Origin: an uncultured delta proteobacterium
Lineage (GTDB): Bacteria; Myxococcota_A; Polyangia; Fen-1088
DNA length: 64,000 nt
Direction: 5' to 3'
NCBI GenBank assembly: GCA_963767925.1
Contig: CAVYGB010000002.1
Coordinates: 800,001 to 864,000 of the forward strand
The number at the start of each line of letters is the position of its first letter. Within the stretch, counting starts at the first letter, position 1. The notes below the pieces were generated by a model that saw only the letters and a list, made by a program, of their open reading frames with translations, searched no databases and had not been told where the DNA came from. Positions 1 to 10,187 of the stretch are shown here, in pieces. The position numbers and the translations under genes are program-made.

Positions 1-111
1 CAGGACGCCCAGCCCCACCCGGGGCAACCAGGCCACCACCGCCCGGGCGGTCACCCGCCCCGCCCGCGCGCTCCCCGGTACGTTCTCCGATCCGCTGGCG
101 GGCCCACTCAC
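1..111 (-). CDS. Partial membrane protein (5' end), possibly MauE/DoxX family
   Basis: GTG at 111 overlaps the rhodanese stop (GTGA). The frame reads ...AVVAWLPRVGLGVL and runs off the window edge. Family guessed from context. Confidence 0.4.
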   Translation of the reverse strand, partial: MSGPASGSENVPGSARAGRVTARAVVAWLPRVGLGVL

Positions 112-641
112 GGGCGGTTCCTCGCCTGCTCGCCGCAGTCGGGGCAGGGACCCGAGGAGCAGGCCAGGCCGGCCTGGTCCCACCCGGCGAAGCCGCCCTG
201 GATGACGACCAGGCGCCGGTCCGACCCGGGCAGCCGGCGGCGCAGCGACTCGGCCACCGGCGTGGCCTCCTCCGTGCTGTCGCCGTACAGGATGACGGTG
301 CGGGCGGCCGCTACCCGGGCCAGCGTGTCGCTGGCGGTGTCCTGGCTGGCCGCGCAGGGCAGGTGGATCGCCTGCGCCACGTGCCCGCGGGCGAACCGCT
401 CGGACGAGCGCACGTCGGCGATCAGCACGCCCGGGTCGCCGCAGAGCTGGACCGCCTGATCGGCCGGCAGCACCTGGATCCCGCTCGAGAGCGGCCCGGC
501 GGTGCAGGTTGTCGCGGCCGCGAAGGTGGCGGGATGGATCCCGGCCGGCCGCAGCCCGTTGACCGCCACACCCAGCCCCCCGCCGACTGCCAGGAGCAGC
601 CCGGTGCGCGCGAGCAGGGGAACCAGGCCGTTTCGCACCAA
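108..641 (-). CDS. Rhodanese-like domain protein with N-terminal membrane anchor
   Basis: ADVRS..F..GHVAQAIHLP and QGGFAGW rhodanese motifs; Cys-rich C-terminus (CSSGPCPDC). Confidence 0.8.
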   Translation of the reverse strand: MVRNGLVPLLARTGLLLAVGGGLGVAVNGLRPAGIHPATFAAATTCTAGPLSSGIQVLPADQAVQLCGDPGVLIADVRSSERFARGHVAQAIHLPCAASQDTASDTLARVAAARTVILYGDSTEEATPVAESLRRRLPGSDRRLVVIQGGFAGWDQAGLACSSGPCPDCGEQARNRP

Positions 642-827
642 GGGAGGTTAGCACGCAGGCCGGCGCCGGCCCGGCGCCCACCTGCCCCGGCGTCCCCCGA
701 CATCCGGTGCGGCCCGGGCAGCGGATCGGGCCTGTTCCACGCGCGATTGGCCGCCCTCGGAGCCCGCCCCCCTGCACCCTCCAGCGGCGGCTGGTAAGAT
801 GCCCCGGCACCTGCCAGCACGAGCACC

Positions 828-1145
828 ATGGCCGAGCCGCACCTCGAAAAACACGTCTTCATCTGCGTCAACCAGCGCGAGCCCGGCAACCCCAAGGGAG
901 ACTGCGCCTCCAAGGGCGCCGAGGAGGTGCGCGAGGCCTTCAAGCGCCTCCTGCACAGCAAGGGGCTCAAGGGTCGCATCCGGGCCAACGCCGCCGGCTG
1001 CCTCGACCAGTGCGCCCGCGGCGTCACGGTCGTGGTTTACCCGGAGCAGGTCTGGTATGGCGGCGTGCGCGTCGAGGACGTGCCCGAGATCGTCGAGCAG
1101 CACCTGATCGGCGACGTGCCGGTCGACCGCCTGCGCATGAAATGA
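828..1145 (+). CDS. Thioredoxin-like [2Fe-2S] ferredoxin
   Basis: HVFICVNQR...C...AGCLDQC..G..VVVYPEQVWY. Confidence 0.9.
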   Translation: MAEPHLEKHVFICVNQREPGNPKGDCASKGAEEVREAFKRLLHSKGLKGRIRANAAGCLDQCARGVTVVVYPEQVWYGGVRVEDVPEIVEQHLIGDVPVDRLRMK

Positions 1146-2155
1146 GCAGCCCGGATCCTCCGCCGCGCGCCGAGGCCGCCGCCCCCGCCACCTGGACCGT
1201 CCTCGACGTCCTCAAGTGGACGTCGGCGCGGTTCGCCGAGCGGGGCTTGCCGAGCCCCCGCCTCGACGCCGAGCTGCTGGCCGGGCACGCCTTCGAGCTG
1301 ACCCGGGTCGCCCTCTACACCCAGTTCGATCGCCCGCTGTTGCCCGAGGAGCTGGCGCGCTTTCGCGAGCTGGTCAAGCGGCGGCAGGCAGGCGAGCCGG
1401 TCGCCTACCTAACCGGCCGCAAGCACTTCTGGAGCCTCGAGCTCGACGTCGACCGCCGGGTGCTGGTCCCCCGCCCCGACACCGAGACCGCGGTGGAGGC
1501 CGCCCTCGACCTGTGCCGCCCCCGCCCAGCCCCCCCCGACGACCTCCCGGAAAGCGCCGCCGCCGAGGCGCCCACCACCGGAGACGACCTCCCGCACGCG
1601 GCCGCCGAGGCGCCAACCCCCGCCGCCCCTCCGGTCGCGGCCCTGCGCATCGCCGACATCGGCACCGGATCGGGGGCCATCGCGCTGGTCCTCAAGAAAG
1701 AGCTCCCCCATGCCGACGTCTGGGCCGTGGACACCTCGGCCGATGCCCTGGACGTCGCGCGCGGCAACGCCGCCCGCCTGGGCCTGCCCGTCACCTTCGT
1801 GCAGGGCGACCTGCTGGCGCCGCTGGCGGACCGGCCGCCCTTCGATCTGATCGTCGCCAACCTGCCCTACATCCCGAGCGGCGACATCGCCGCCCTCGCG
1901 CCCGAGGTCCGCAGCGAGCCGCTGCTGGCGCTCGACGGCGGCGCAGATGGCCTGCTGCTGGTGCGCCGGCTCGTCGCCAGCGCCGGCGCCCGGCTGCGCC
2001 CGGGGGGCGCGCTGGTCCTCGAGGTCGGCCAGGGACAGGCCGACGCCGTCGCCGAGCTGGCCCGCGGGCACGGCTTCGCGGACGTGCGCATCCGGGCCGA
2101 TCTCGCCGGCGTCGCCCGGGTGGTCCAGGCCCGCCGGGATCCGGAGGCCCCGTGA
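1142..2155 (+). CDS. prmC: Release factor glutamine methyltransferase (HemK/PrmC)
   Basis: PRLDAELL, GEPVAYLTG, VLVPRPDTE, DIGTGSG and ANLPYI motifs; ATGA overlap with the ferredoxin. Confidence 0.95.
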   Translation: MSSPDPPPRAEAAAPATWTVLDVLKWTSARFAERGLPSPRLDAELLAGHAFELTRVALYTQFDRPLLPEELARFRELVKRRQAGEPVAYLTGRKHFWSLELDVDRRVLVPRPDTETAVEAALDLCRPRPAPPDDLPESAAAEAPTTGDDLPHAAAEAPTPAAPPVAALRIADIGTGSGAIALVLKKELPHADVWAVDTSADALDVARGNAARLGLPVTFVQGDLLAPLADRPPFDLIVANLPYIPSGDIAALAPEVRSEPLLALDGGADGLLLVRRLVASAGARLRPGGALVLEVGQGQADAVAELARGHGFADVRIRADLAGVARVVQARRDPEAP

Positions 2156-2622
2156 CCCGCGCGCTGGGGGCGCTGGTGCTGGCCGCGACCGTCGCCGCCA
2201 CCGCCGGCTGCATGGGGACCAGCCAGCGGCGCGAGGACACCCTGGTCCGCCTGGCGCGCATGTTCAACGACGACTGGCGCTGGGCCCGCTGGGACGCGAT
2301 GACCACCGCGATGACCAGCGAGGACGCCGCCACCTTCCGCCAGCGGGTGCAAAACATCGAGGACGAGCTGGTCCTGACCGACTACGAGGTGACGTCGGTG
2401 ACCTTCGCCACCGGCTCGGAGACCGCCACCGTGGTCACCAAGTTCGAGTGGTACTACAAGCGGGACCCCCGGGTTCGCGCCACGACGGTCGAGCAGCGGT
2501 GGGAGCACCGCAGCGGCGACTGGCGGGTGGTCGGCCTGCGGCGCACCCGGGGCGAGCGCTTCGGCCTCGTCACCGAGCCCATCGCGTCAACCGACGCCGG
2601 CCCACCTCCCGCCGCCGAATAA
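2152..2622 (+). CDS. Hypothetical lipoprotein
   Basis: GTGA overlap with prmC; signal peptide ending in TAGC; typical codon usage. Confidence 0.7.
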   Translation: MTRALGALVLAATVAATAGCMGTSQRREDTLVRLARMFNDDWRWARWDAMTTAMTSEDAATFRQRVQNIEDELVLTDYEVTSVTFATGSETATVVTKFEWYYKRDPRVRATTVEQRWEHRSGDWRVVGLRRTRGERFGLVTEPIASTDAGPPPAAE

Positions 2623-2730
2623 AACCGGGGCAGGCCCCGGCCCCCCGGTGCATCTTTCCGGAGATTCTTTCGCCCCCGGGAACCAACCGGACCCCTCGGT
2701 CGGACATCACCGGGTACAGGGACGTCTCTT

Positions 2731-3447
2731 TTGGCCGCACCGGACTTCGCCCAGCTCGCCCTCCCCTTCATGGGCGCCCTCTACCGCACGGCGTGTCGGT
2801 TGACGGCGCGTGGGGCCGAGGCCGAGGACCTCGTGCAGGAGACCTACCTCGAGGGGTTCCGCTGCTACCCCAGCCTGAAGGACCCCACGCGTTGCCGCCC
2901 CTGGCTGTTTCGCATCCTGCACAACCTGTGGAGCGAGCGGCGCGCGCGCGAGCGCAGCCGCGCCCTGGTGCGGGCCCTCGTCACCCAGACCGACGGAGAC
3001 CTGGAGCGGGAGATGACCGAGAGCGGTTACTCCGACGAGGTCGAGCGCGCGCTGGCCGCCCTGCCCGACGAGTTCCGGACCGCGGTCCTGCTGGTGACGG
3101 TCGAGGAGATGACCTACGACGAGGTCGCCGAGGTGATGGGCTGCCCGATCGGGACGGTCCGCTCGCGCGTGGCCCGCGGCCGCGCCCTGCTGGCGAACAA
3201 CCTCGCCCGCGCCGAGGTGGTCAAGCAGCTGGGCAAGGCGGCGCCGGCGCCGGATGGCCCCGCCGGGCTAACGGCCCAGGAAGTTTCGGAGCCGCGCTCG
3301 CAAGAGCTGGCGCAGGAGCGGTCGGAGCTGGCCGGGCAGGAGGCGCCGGACGAACGGTCGGCGAGCCCGTCCATCCTGGCGGCCCAGGCGCTGGGCTCGG
3401 CGGCGCCGCCGGTCAAGCAGCGGGGCCAGCGGGGCCAGCGACCATGA
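2731..3447 (+). CDS. ECF RNA polymerase sigma factor with C-terminal extension
   Basis: AEDLVQETYL, WLFRILHN and GCPIGTVRSRVARGR (regions 2 and 4). Confidence 0.9.
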   Translation: MAAPDFAQLALPFMGALYRTACRLTARGAEAEDLVQETYLEGFRCYPSLKDPTRCRPWLFRILHNLWSERRARERSRALVRALVTQTDGDLEREMTESGYSDEVERALAALPDEFRTAVLLVTVEEMTYDEVAEVMGCPIGTVRSRVARGRALLANNLARAEVVKQLGKAAPAPDGPAGLTAQEVSEPRSQELAQERSELAGQEAPDERSASPSILAAQALGSAAPPVKQRGQRGQRP

Positions 3448-3481
3448 GCCACGGACACTGCAAGAGAAAGGAAAGCATGTG

Positions 3482-4393
3482 ATGCGCTGCCAGGATGCTT
3501 GGGTGGAGATGAGCGCCGCGCTCGACGGGGAGCTCGACCCCGCGGGTGCCTCCTCGCTGCGGGAGCACCTGGACGGCTGTCCGGCTTGCCAGATCCGGCG
3601 CGATCAGATCGCCGCCTTCGATCAGCGCCTGCGCGCCCCCGCCCGGCGCGCCCTCCGGGTGCCCGAAGCCCTGCAAGCCCGCATCGCCGGCAAGCTCGCC
3701 AGCCAGCTCCCCGTCCCCCGCCCCCCCCGCCGTCGCGCCTCCCCCCTCGCCTTCGCGGTGGCCTTCACCGGCGCCGCCGCCGCCGCCGCCCTGGCGGTAG
3801 CCGGCCCCTCCAGCGACGACGCCACCACCAGCGACGAAGCCTCCAACGAGGCCGCCGCCCGCTCCCTCCTGGCCGGCCCATCCACGCCCCCCCACCCCCA
3901 CACCCCCCAGGCTCGCAGCCAGTCGACGAGCGCCGCCGCGGATCGCGCCATCACCAGTGACCCGTCCGCTCGTGCCGACAGCGCCCCTCTCGCACGTGCC
4001 GCCGCCCGCTCCATCAGCGCCTCCACCGCCGAGCGCACCTCCCTCGCTCGCGCCGCCGATCGCTCCAGCGCCCCCGCCGATCGCTCGACCGAGAACGATG
4101 CGCTCGACCGCCCGCAGAGCGAGGACCCGACTGCTCCCCCGCGCTTTACCGACGGGCCCGGAACCCGCGAGACCTGCCAGCTCGCCGTGACCGGCCACTC
4201 CCCCGTCGCCGTCGCCTGCGGCGCCGGCGGCCTGCGCGAGGCCCGCCGCGTGATGCGCGGCCTCGTCGACGGCGCGCGCAACCGCGGCCTCCGCTTCCGC
4301 TGCCGCGACTGCCACCGCAACGAGATCGACTTCGCCCTCGACGACAGCGCCCGCGAACGCTTCGCCACCCTGGTCGCCGCCGCCGGCGCCTGA
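3482..4393 (+). CDS. Zinc-finger (zf-HC2) anti-sigma factor with TM helix and C-terminal CxxCH domain
   Basis: MRC...LDGEL...HLDGCPAC; TM segment LAFAVAFTGAAAAAALAVAG; C-terminal CRDCH; directly follows the ECF gene. Confidence 0.8.
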   Translation: MRCQDAWVEMSAALDGELDPAGASSLREHLDGCPACQIRRDQIAAFDQRLRAPARRALRVPEALQARIAGKLASQLPVPRPPRRRASPLAFAVAFTGAAAAAALAVAGPSSDDATTSDEASNEAAARSLLAGPSTPPHPHTPQARSQSTSAAADRAITSDPSARADSAPLARAAARSISASTAERTSLARAADRSSAPADRSTENDALDRPQSEDPTAPPRFTDGPGTRETCQLAVTGHSPVAVACGAGGLREARRVMRGLVDGARNRGLRFRCRDCHRNEIDFALDDSARERFATLVAAAGA

Positions 4394-4571
4394 CCCCACG
4401 TTCGCTCCGCCCGCGGGGAGGTGAGGGGGCCGTGGCCGGCCCGGCAGGAGATGGCCTCATGTTGCGGGGCAGGCACCCCGCTGCCTGTTTGCCCGCGCCC
4501 CGCGGTCCGCCGCGGCGAGAGGGTATTGCTGCTGGGGTGAGGGGCGGTCGCCTCGCCGGGATTCCCGTCGC

Positions 4572-4600
4572 TTGACGGGAAGTAAGTGATCGCTTACTTA
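4572..4600 (+). promoter_or_regulatory. TetR promoter with overlapping palindromic operator
   Basis: TTGACG at 4572-4577; inverted repeat AAGTAAG-TGATCG-CTTACTT at 4580-4599, just upstream of the ATG at 4608. Confidence 0.7.
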
Positions 4601-4607
4601 CATACAT

Positions 4608-5402
4608 ATGGCCCCCGAGAGGCGGACCGCCGAGGAACGGCGGGAACAGATCCTCGCGGCGTCGCTCGAGCTGTTCGCGCGGCAGGGGCTCCATGGCGTC
4701 ACGACCCGCATGATCGCCGAGGCGGCGGGTATGTCGGAGGCGCTGCTGTACCGACATTTCCGCAGCAAGGACGAGCTGTACGCGGAGCTGCAGAGCTGGT
4801 GCCTGCGCGGCACCCTCGGCGCCGCCGAGAAGCTGATCCAGCTCCCGGTCAACACGGCGACCCTGGTGCTCGCCGTGTACTTCAGCGTCCATCAGATCCT
4901 CGGCGGACCCGATCGCAGCCAGTCCTTCTCCTACATCCAGCGGATCATGCTCAACAGCCTGATCGGCGACGGGAAGTTCGCGCGTGGCTTCTGCCAGGTG
5001 AACTTCGCCCGCTTCTTGCCGAAGCTGCGCGCCCTGCTCGACGCCGCCCACGCGGCCGGTGACATCGAGGGTCCCCGCTCCGCCCACCCCGACCTGGGGT
5101 TCTGGCTGGTTCACCACACCGCGGTCATGGCCAGCAACATCTACCTGCCCGACCCGCCGGTGATCGACCACGGCGTCGACCGGGCGGCCCTGGTCGTGGA
5201 GATAGCCCGCTTCGTCCTGCGCGGGCTGGGGCTCAAGGCCGCCGCCCTCGCCCGCCACTTCCACCCGCCCACCCTGGCCAGCGCCATCCAGCACGCCCTG
5301 GCCGCCGCCCCGCCCGACCCGCTGCCCCCCGCCACCCCCACCTCCCCGAAGAGTCCCCGGCCCGGAAGACCCCGATCAACAAGCAAAGGTAACCGCCGAT
5401 GA
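4608..5402 (+). CDS. TetR/AcrR family transcriptional regulator
   Basis: RREQILAASLELFARQG..TTRMIAEAAGMSEALLYRHFRSKDEL HTH. Confidence 0.93.
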   Translation: MAPERRTAEERREQILAASLELFARQGLHGVTTRMIAEAAGMSEALLYRHFRSKDELYAELQSWCLRGTLGAAEKLIQLPVNTATLVLAVYFSVHQILGGPDRSQSFSYIQRIMLNSLIGDGKFARGFCQVNFARFLPKLRALLDAAHAAGDIEGPRSAHPDLGFWLVHHTAVMASNIYLPDPPVIDHGVDRAALVVEIARFVLRGLGLKAAALARHFHPPTLASAIQHALAAAPPDPLPPATPTSPKSPRPGRPRSTSKGNRR

Positions 5403-6199
5403 GACGCACCATGCACCGAACCCCGCCCTTCGCCGCTGCCCTCGCCCTCCTGATCGGCCTGGCCGCCGGCCCCGCGACCGGCGCCGCCGATCCCGTCGCC
5501 GCCGGCCTCGAGATCGCCCGCAAGGCCGACGCCGCCAACCAGGGCTTCGTCGGGGAGAAGGGGACCATGACCCTCGAGCTCATCAACGCCCACGGCGAGG
5601 TGACGAAGCGAAAGATGAACATGGAGGTGCTCGAGGGGACCGACGACGGCGACAAGAGCCGCTCGGTCTTCGAGTGGCCCGCCGACGTCAAGGGCACCAA
5701 GCTGCTCACCTGGACCCACAAGAAGGGGGACGACGACCGCTGGCTGTACCTGCCCGCCGTCAAGCGCATCAAGCGCATCAGCTCGAGCAACAAGTCCGGG
5801 TCCTTCATGGGCAGCGAGTTCGCCTACGAGGACTTCTCCAGCCAGGAGCTGGAAAAATACACCTACAAGCTGCTCGACGAGCCCAAGCAGGGCGGCCGCG
5901 ACACCTGGCGCATGGAACGCATCCCGGTCGAGAAGGACAGCGGCTACGCCCGCCAGATCGTCTGGACGGACAAGGAGTACCTGAACCCCCTGCGCATCGA
6001 GTACTTCGACCGCAAGAACGAGCTGCTCAAGGTGGCGACCTTCGAGGGCTACAAGAAGTTCGGCAAGTTCTGGCGTTTCGGGATCATCCGCATGGACAAC
6101 CTGCAGACCAAGAAGAAGTCCGTCCTGACCTGGGAGAACCGGGAGCTGGGCAACAAGCCCCCCGCCGAGAACTTCGACAGCGGCCGCCTCGAGGACTGA
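5399..6199 (+). CDS. Outer membrane lipoprotein-sorting (LolA-like) protein
   Basis: Signal peptide; WLYLPAVKRIKRI and SFMGSEFAYED motifs. Confidence 0.88.
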   Translation: MRRTMHRTPPFAAALALLIGLAAGPATGAADPVAAGLEIARKADAANQGFVGEKGTMTLELINAHGEVTKRKMNMEVLEGTDDGDKSRSVFEWPADVKGTKLLTWTHKKGDDDRWLYLPAVKRIKRISSSNKSGSFMGSEFAYEDFSSQELEKYTYKLLDEPKQGGRDTWRMERIPVEKDSGYARQIVWTDKEYLNPLRIEYFDRKNELLKVATFEGYKKFGKFWRFGIIRMDNLQTKKKSVLTWENRELGNKPPAENFDSGRLED

Positions 6200-6201
6200 T
6201 C

Positions 6202-7521
6202 GTGCGCCGCCGCCGACCGTGCGCCGGGGCCGCCTTCGCGCTGGCCCTGGCCGCCACCCCCTCCCCCGCCGCCGCCGACTGGTCCAGCCGGGGCGAGCTG
6301 GCCCTCGAGGGACGCCAGTTCGACGACGACGAGCGCGAGGTGACGCCCGACCGGGGGCTGGCCCTGTTCGGCCGCCTCGAGCTGCGCCACAGCCACGGCC
6401 GCCTCGAGGAGAAGACCCGCTTTTACGGCCGCCTCGATCGCTACGACGAGCAGCGCTCGGTGCTGGTGTTCGAGGAGGCCTGGGCCCAGCTCGCCCTCGA
6501 GCGGGTGCGCCTGCGCGCGGGCGTCGACCTGGTCAACTGGACCGCCACCGAGGCCTTCCACCCCGCCGACGTGATCAACGCCCGCAACCTCGACAGCGAC
6601 CTCGAGAACTACGAGAAGGTGGGCGAGCCGATGGCCGCCCTGCAGGTGCGCCTGCACGAGAACACCTCCGTGCAGGTGATGTACCTGCCCCACCGCACGG
6701 CGCCGATCTTCTCCTCGCCCGGCTCACGCCTCAGCTTCGCCCCCGGGCTCGACCTGCGCGGCAGCCGGCGCATGTTCGACCGGGAGGGCCGCCTCAGCGG
6801 CTCGCGCTGGGGCCCCCAGGCGGCGATCGCCCTGCGCCAGGTGCTGGGCAACGCCGACCTCACCGTGCACGCGCTCGAGCACCTCGATCGCAGCCAGCCC
6901 CTGGTCCGCCTCGACCCCCAGACCTTCTCGCCGCTGCTGGTCTTCCAGACCGTGCGCCAGCTCGGCGGCACCTACCAGCAGGCGGTCGGTCCGGTGGTGC
7001 TGAAGCTGGAGGGCGCCTACCGCCGCTTCGTGGCTCCCGTCGATGCCTTGCCCGGCCTGCCGCTGAGCGCGGCCGGCGGCCTCCTCGCTGATCAGGAGGT
7101 GGGTCTGCCCCCCGACGATCGCGGCCAGCCCGACCACGGCCTGCTGGCGGTCGGCATGGAGTACGGCGTGCCCCACGAGGGCGGCAGCGAATCGACCTTC
7201 CTGCTCGAGGGGCAAATCCTGCTCGGCGTCGAGGATCCCGCCCTGCGCGCGGCCCTGACCATCTTCCAGCGCGACGTCCTGGTCGGCTACCGCTTCGCCC
7301 TCAACGACGAGTCGAGCAAGGAGCTGCTGGTGGGGGCGATCTTCGACACCGAACGTTCGGGCGAGAGCCTGGTGATGCTGAACTACCAGCAGCGCCTGGG
7401 CGAGACCTGGACGCTGCGGGCCGGCCTGCGCCTGTTCAACGCCAGGGCCAGCGCCCCCGGTCCCATGGCCACCCTGCGCACCTCCGATCACGTCCGCCTG
7501 GCCTTGACCCGTCACTTCTGA
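6202..7521 (+). CDS. Putative outer membrane beta-barrel of the MMPL export operon
   Basis: Signal peptide, amphipathic beta strands and C-terminal Phe; start GTG 6202 inferred. Confidence 0.7.
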   Translation: MRRRRPCAGAAFALALAATPSPAAADWSSRGELALEGRQFDDDEREVTPDRGLALFGRLELRHSHGRLEEKTRFYGRLDRYDEQRSVLVFEEAWAQLALERVRLRAGVDLVNWTATEAFHPADVINARNLDSDLENYEKVGEPMAALQVRLHENTSVQVMYLPHRTAPIFSSPGSRLSFAPGLDLRGSRRMFDREGRLSGSRWGPQAAIALRQVLGNADLTVHALEHLDRSQPLVRLDPQTFSPLLVFQTVRQLGGTYQQAVGPVVLKLEGAYRRFVAPVDALPGLPLSAAGGLLADQEVGLPPDDRGQPDHGLLAVGMEYGVPHEGGSESTFLLEGQILLGVEDPALRAALTIFQRDVLVGYRFALNDESSKELLVGAIFDTERSGESLVMLNYQQRLGETWTLRAGLRLFNARASAPGPMATLRTSDHVRLALTRHF

Positions 7522-7566
7522 GGTCGATCCCCGTCCCGCTCAACCTCTCACGCCCGAGGCCGATCG

Positions 7567-9897
7567 ATGTCCACCTCCGCGCCCTTGCAGGTCACCGCCG
7601 TCAACCGCCGCTTCGTGGGGTTCATCGCCAGCAAGCCCTGGGTCGCCATCGCCCTCGGGCTGGCCCTCGTCGCGGGGCTGGCGGGGGGCCTGCGCCACCT
7701 GCACGCCGACTTTACCCACAAGGGCTTCTTCTGGGCCGACGATCCCAAGCTGCTGCGCCTCGACGCCTTCGAGCGGCGCTTCGGCAACGACGACGTGGTG
7801 CTGCTGGCGGTGGAGAGCCCCTCGGGCATCTTCGACCTCGAGTCGGCGACCCTCATCCAGGAGATGACCCGCAAGATGTGGCAGGTCCCGGAGGTCATCC
7901 GGGTCGACTCGATCGCCAACTTCAACTGGGTGCACGGCCAGGGCGACGATATCCTCGTCGAGCCCCTGCTGCCCGCGACGCTGACGCCCGAGATCCTGGC
8001 CCAGCGCAAGCAAGTGGCGCTCAGCCACGAGTCGCTGCCCAACTACCTCGTCAGCCGCGACGGCAAGGTCACCGTGATCATGGGGCGGATCAAGCCCGGC
8101 CTGGAGGCGCCGCCCGACGCCCCCCGCATCACCCGGGCCGTCCGCCAGATCGCCCGCGAGAGCGAGGGGGGTGACCACATCATCCACGTCTCGGGCGGGC
8201 CACCGATGACCTTCGCCTTCGAGGAGATCACGACCGCCGACATCCAGCGCCTGGTGCCGATGGCCCTGGGGATCGCCGCCCTCTTCCTCACGTTGCTGCT
8301 GCGCTCGCTGGCCGGGGTGTTGCTGCCCTTCGTGGCGGTGTTCGGAGCCGTGCTGGCCTCGTTCGGGTTCGCGGGCTGGGGTGGGCTGGTGCAGACCGCC
8401 ATGAGCACCGCCGTGCCGAGCATCCTCATCGCGGTCGGCATCGCCGACACCGTGCACATCCTGGTGACCTTCCTGGAGGAGCTGCGGCGCGGGCGCCCGC
8501 GCAAGGAGGCGGCCCACCACGCCCTCACGAAGAACCTGCTCGCCACCTTCCTGACCTGCCTGACCACCGCCATCGGCTTTTTCAGCTTCATGACCGCCAA
8601 CCTCAAGCCGGTCGGCATCCTCGGCATGATGGCCGGGATCGGCGCGCTGGTGGCCTGGGTGGTGGCCCAGCTCGTGGTGGGCGGGCTGCTGTTCGTGTTG
8701 CCGATCAAGGCCAAGCCGCTGCCCCCCGAGCGCTTCGAGGCCACCGACCGGCGGGCCACCCGCCTGGTGGACTTCATCGCCCGCCACCGGGTCGGCGTCA
8801 TCGTGACGACGGTGGCGCTGTCGGCGATCTCGCTGGCCCTGGCCCTCGGCATCGACGTCAACTCCGACCCGGTGAAATATTTCCGCAAGGACATCCCCGT
8901 GCGGGCGGCCAACGAGTTCATGGAGCGCACCATGGGCAACGCCCGCAGCTTCGAGCTCGTCGTGTCGGCCGGTGAGGAGGACGGGATCAAGGACCCGGTC
9001 TTCCTCGGCAAGGTCGACACCTTCCAGAGCTGGCTCGAGAAGCAGCCCCACATCACCCGCGCCGTCTCCATCCTCGACGTCCTCAAGAGCACCCACAAAT
9101 CGCTCCACGGCGACAGGCCGGAGGCTTACCGGCTGGCCGGCGACAAGCAGACCATCGCCCAGGAGCTGCTGCTGTACACGATGGGCTTGCCCCAGGGGAT
9201 GGACGTCAACGACCGCATCACGGTCAAGAACGACGCCCTCCGCATCACCGTCCTCAACACCATCCTCACCTCACGCGAGGCGGTGGCCACCATCGACCGC
9301 ATCGTGGCCCAGGGCAAGACGCTGGGGCTCGCCGTCGAGGCGACCGGAAAATACTACCTCTACCAGCAGACCAACGAATACGTGGTGCAGTCGTTCCTCA
9401 CCTCGCTGTGGAGCGCGACCCTGCTGATCGGGATCATCATGATGGTGTTCCTGCGTTCGGTGCGGCTGGGGTTGATCTCGATGTTCCCCAACATCGTGCC
9501 CCTGTTCGCGGGGGGCGCCCTGCTGCGCCTGCTGGGGCAGCCGCTCGACATGGGGACGGTGCTGGTGGCGAGCGTCTGCCTCGGCATCTCCATCGACGAC
9601 ACCAGCCACGTGCTGGCCAACTTCGCCTATTACCGGCGGCAGGGCGTGCCGCCCAACCAGGCCATGCGCCAGGTGCTGGCCGTGACCGGCCCGTCGCTGC
9701 TGTCGACGAACGGCATCCTGATCGCGTCGTTCGCCACCTTCGCCACCGCCACCTTCGTGCCGAACATCTACTTCGGCATCTTGACCGCCTTCATCCTCAC
9801 CATGGCGCTGGTGGCGGACGTGTTTTTCACCCCTGCCCTCCTGCTCGAAGACCCCCGCAAGGAAGCGGCCGCCCGGAGCGAGCGCGCCGTGGCCTGA
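7567..9897 (+). CDS. MMPL/RND family transporter
   Basis: Two sets of TM helices with AVGIADTVH and LGISIDDTSH motifs; 776 aa. Confidence 0.93.
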   Translation: MSTSAPLQVTAVNRRFVGFIASKPWVAIALGLALVAGLAGGLRHLHADFTHKGFFWADDPKLLRLDAFERRFGNDDVVLLAVESPSGIFDLESATLIQEMTRKMWQVPEVIRVDSIANFNWVHGQGDDILVEPLLPATLTPEILAQRKQVALSHESLPNYLVSRDGKVTVIMGRIKPGLEAPPDAPRITRAVRQIARESEGGDHIIHVSGGPPMTFAFEEITTADIQRLVPMALGIAALFLTLLLRSLAGVLLPFVAVFGAVLASFGFAGWGGLVQTAMSTAVPSILIAVGIADTVHILVTFLEELRRGRPRKEAAHHALTKNLLATFLTCLTTAIGFFSFMTANLKPVGILGMMAGIGALVAWVVAQLVVGGLLFVLPIKAKPLPPERFEATDRRATRLVDFIARHRVGVIVTTVALSAISLALALGIDVNSDPVKYFRKDIPVRAANEFMERTMGNARSFELVVSAGEEDGIKDPVFLGKVDTFQSWLEKQPHITRAVSILDVLKSTHKSLHGDRPEAYRLAGDKQTIAQELLLYTMGLPQGMDVNDRITVKNDALRITVLNTILTSREAVATIDRIVAQGKTLGLAVEATGKYYLYQQTNEYVVQSFLTSLWSATLLIGIIMMVFLRSVRLGLISMFPNIVPLFAGGALLRLLGQPLDMGTVLVASVCLGISIDDTSHVLANFAYYRRQGVPPNQAMRQVLAVTGPSLLSTNGILIASFATFATATFVPNIYFGILTAFILTMALVADVFFTPALLLEDPRKEAAARSERAVA

Positions 9898-10187
9898 CGC
9901 CCCGGCGGGCGACCGGCCGAGTCGAATCCGGCCGCGGGAAGAGCGAAAAGGGCCAGGGCGGGCGGGAACCGGTGGGCGCGACGGTTCCCGGTGGCGGCGG
10001 GCGCACGGAGCGGCGGCGATGCCGGTGCCGGCGATTGGCGGAGCCGGCGCGGGAGGGTCCGGTGCAGGCCCCACGCGCGGAGCGGCGGGCGCCGGGAGCC
10101 ACGGGGGGTGAACGCCGCAACGTCGAAGAAACCTCGAAGCAGCACCGGCGCGAAGATCCAGTAGTAGACTGCCCTCGGTTGAACACC

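Noticed and set aside
7540..9108. Long antisense ORFs here and opposite most genes
   Set aside because: High-GC shadow ORFs with no recognisable motifs
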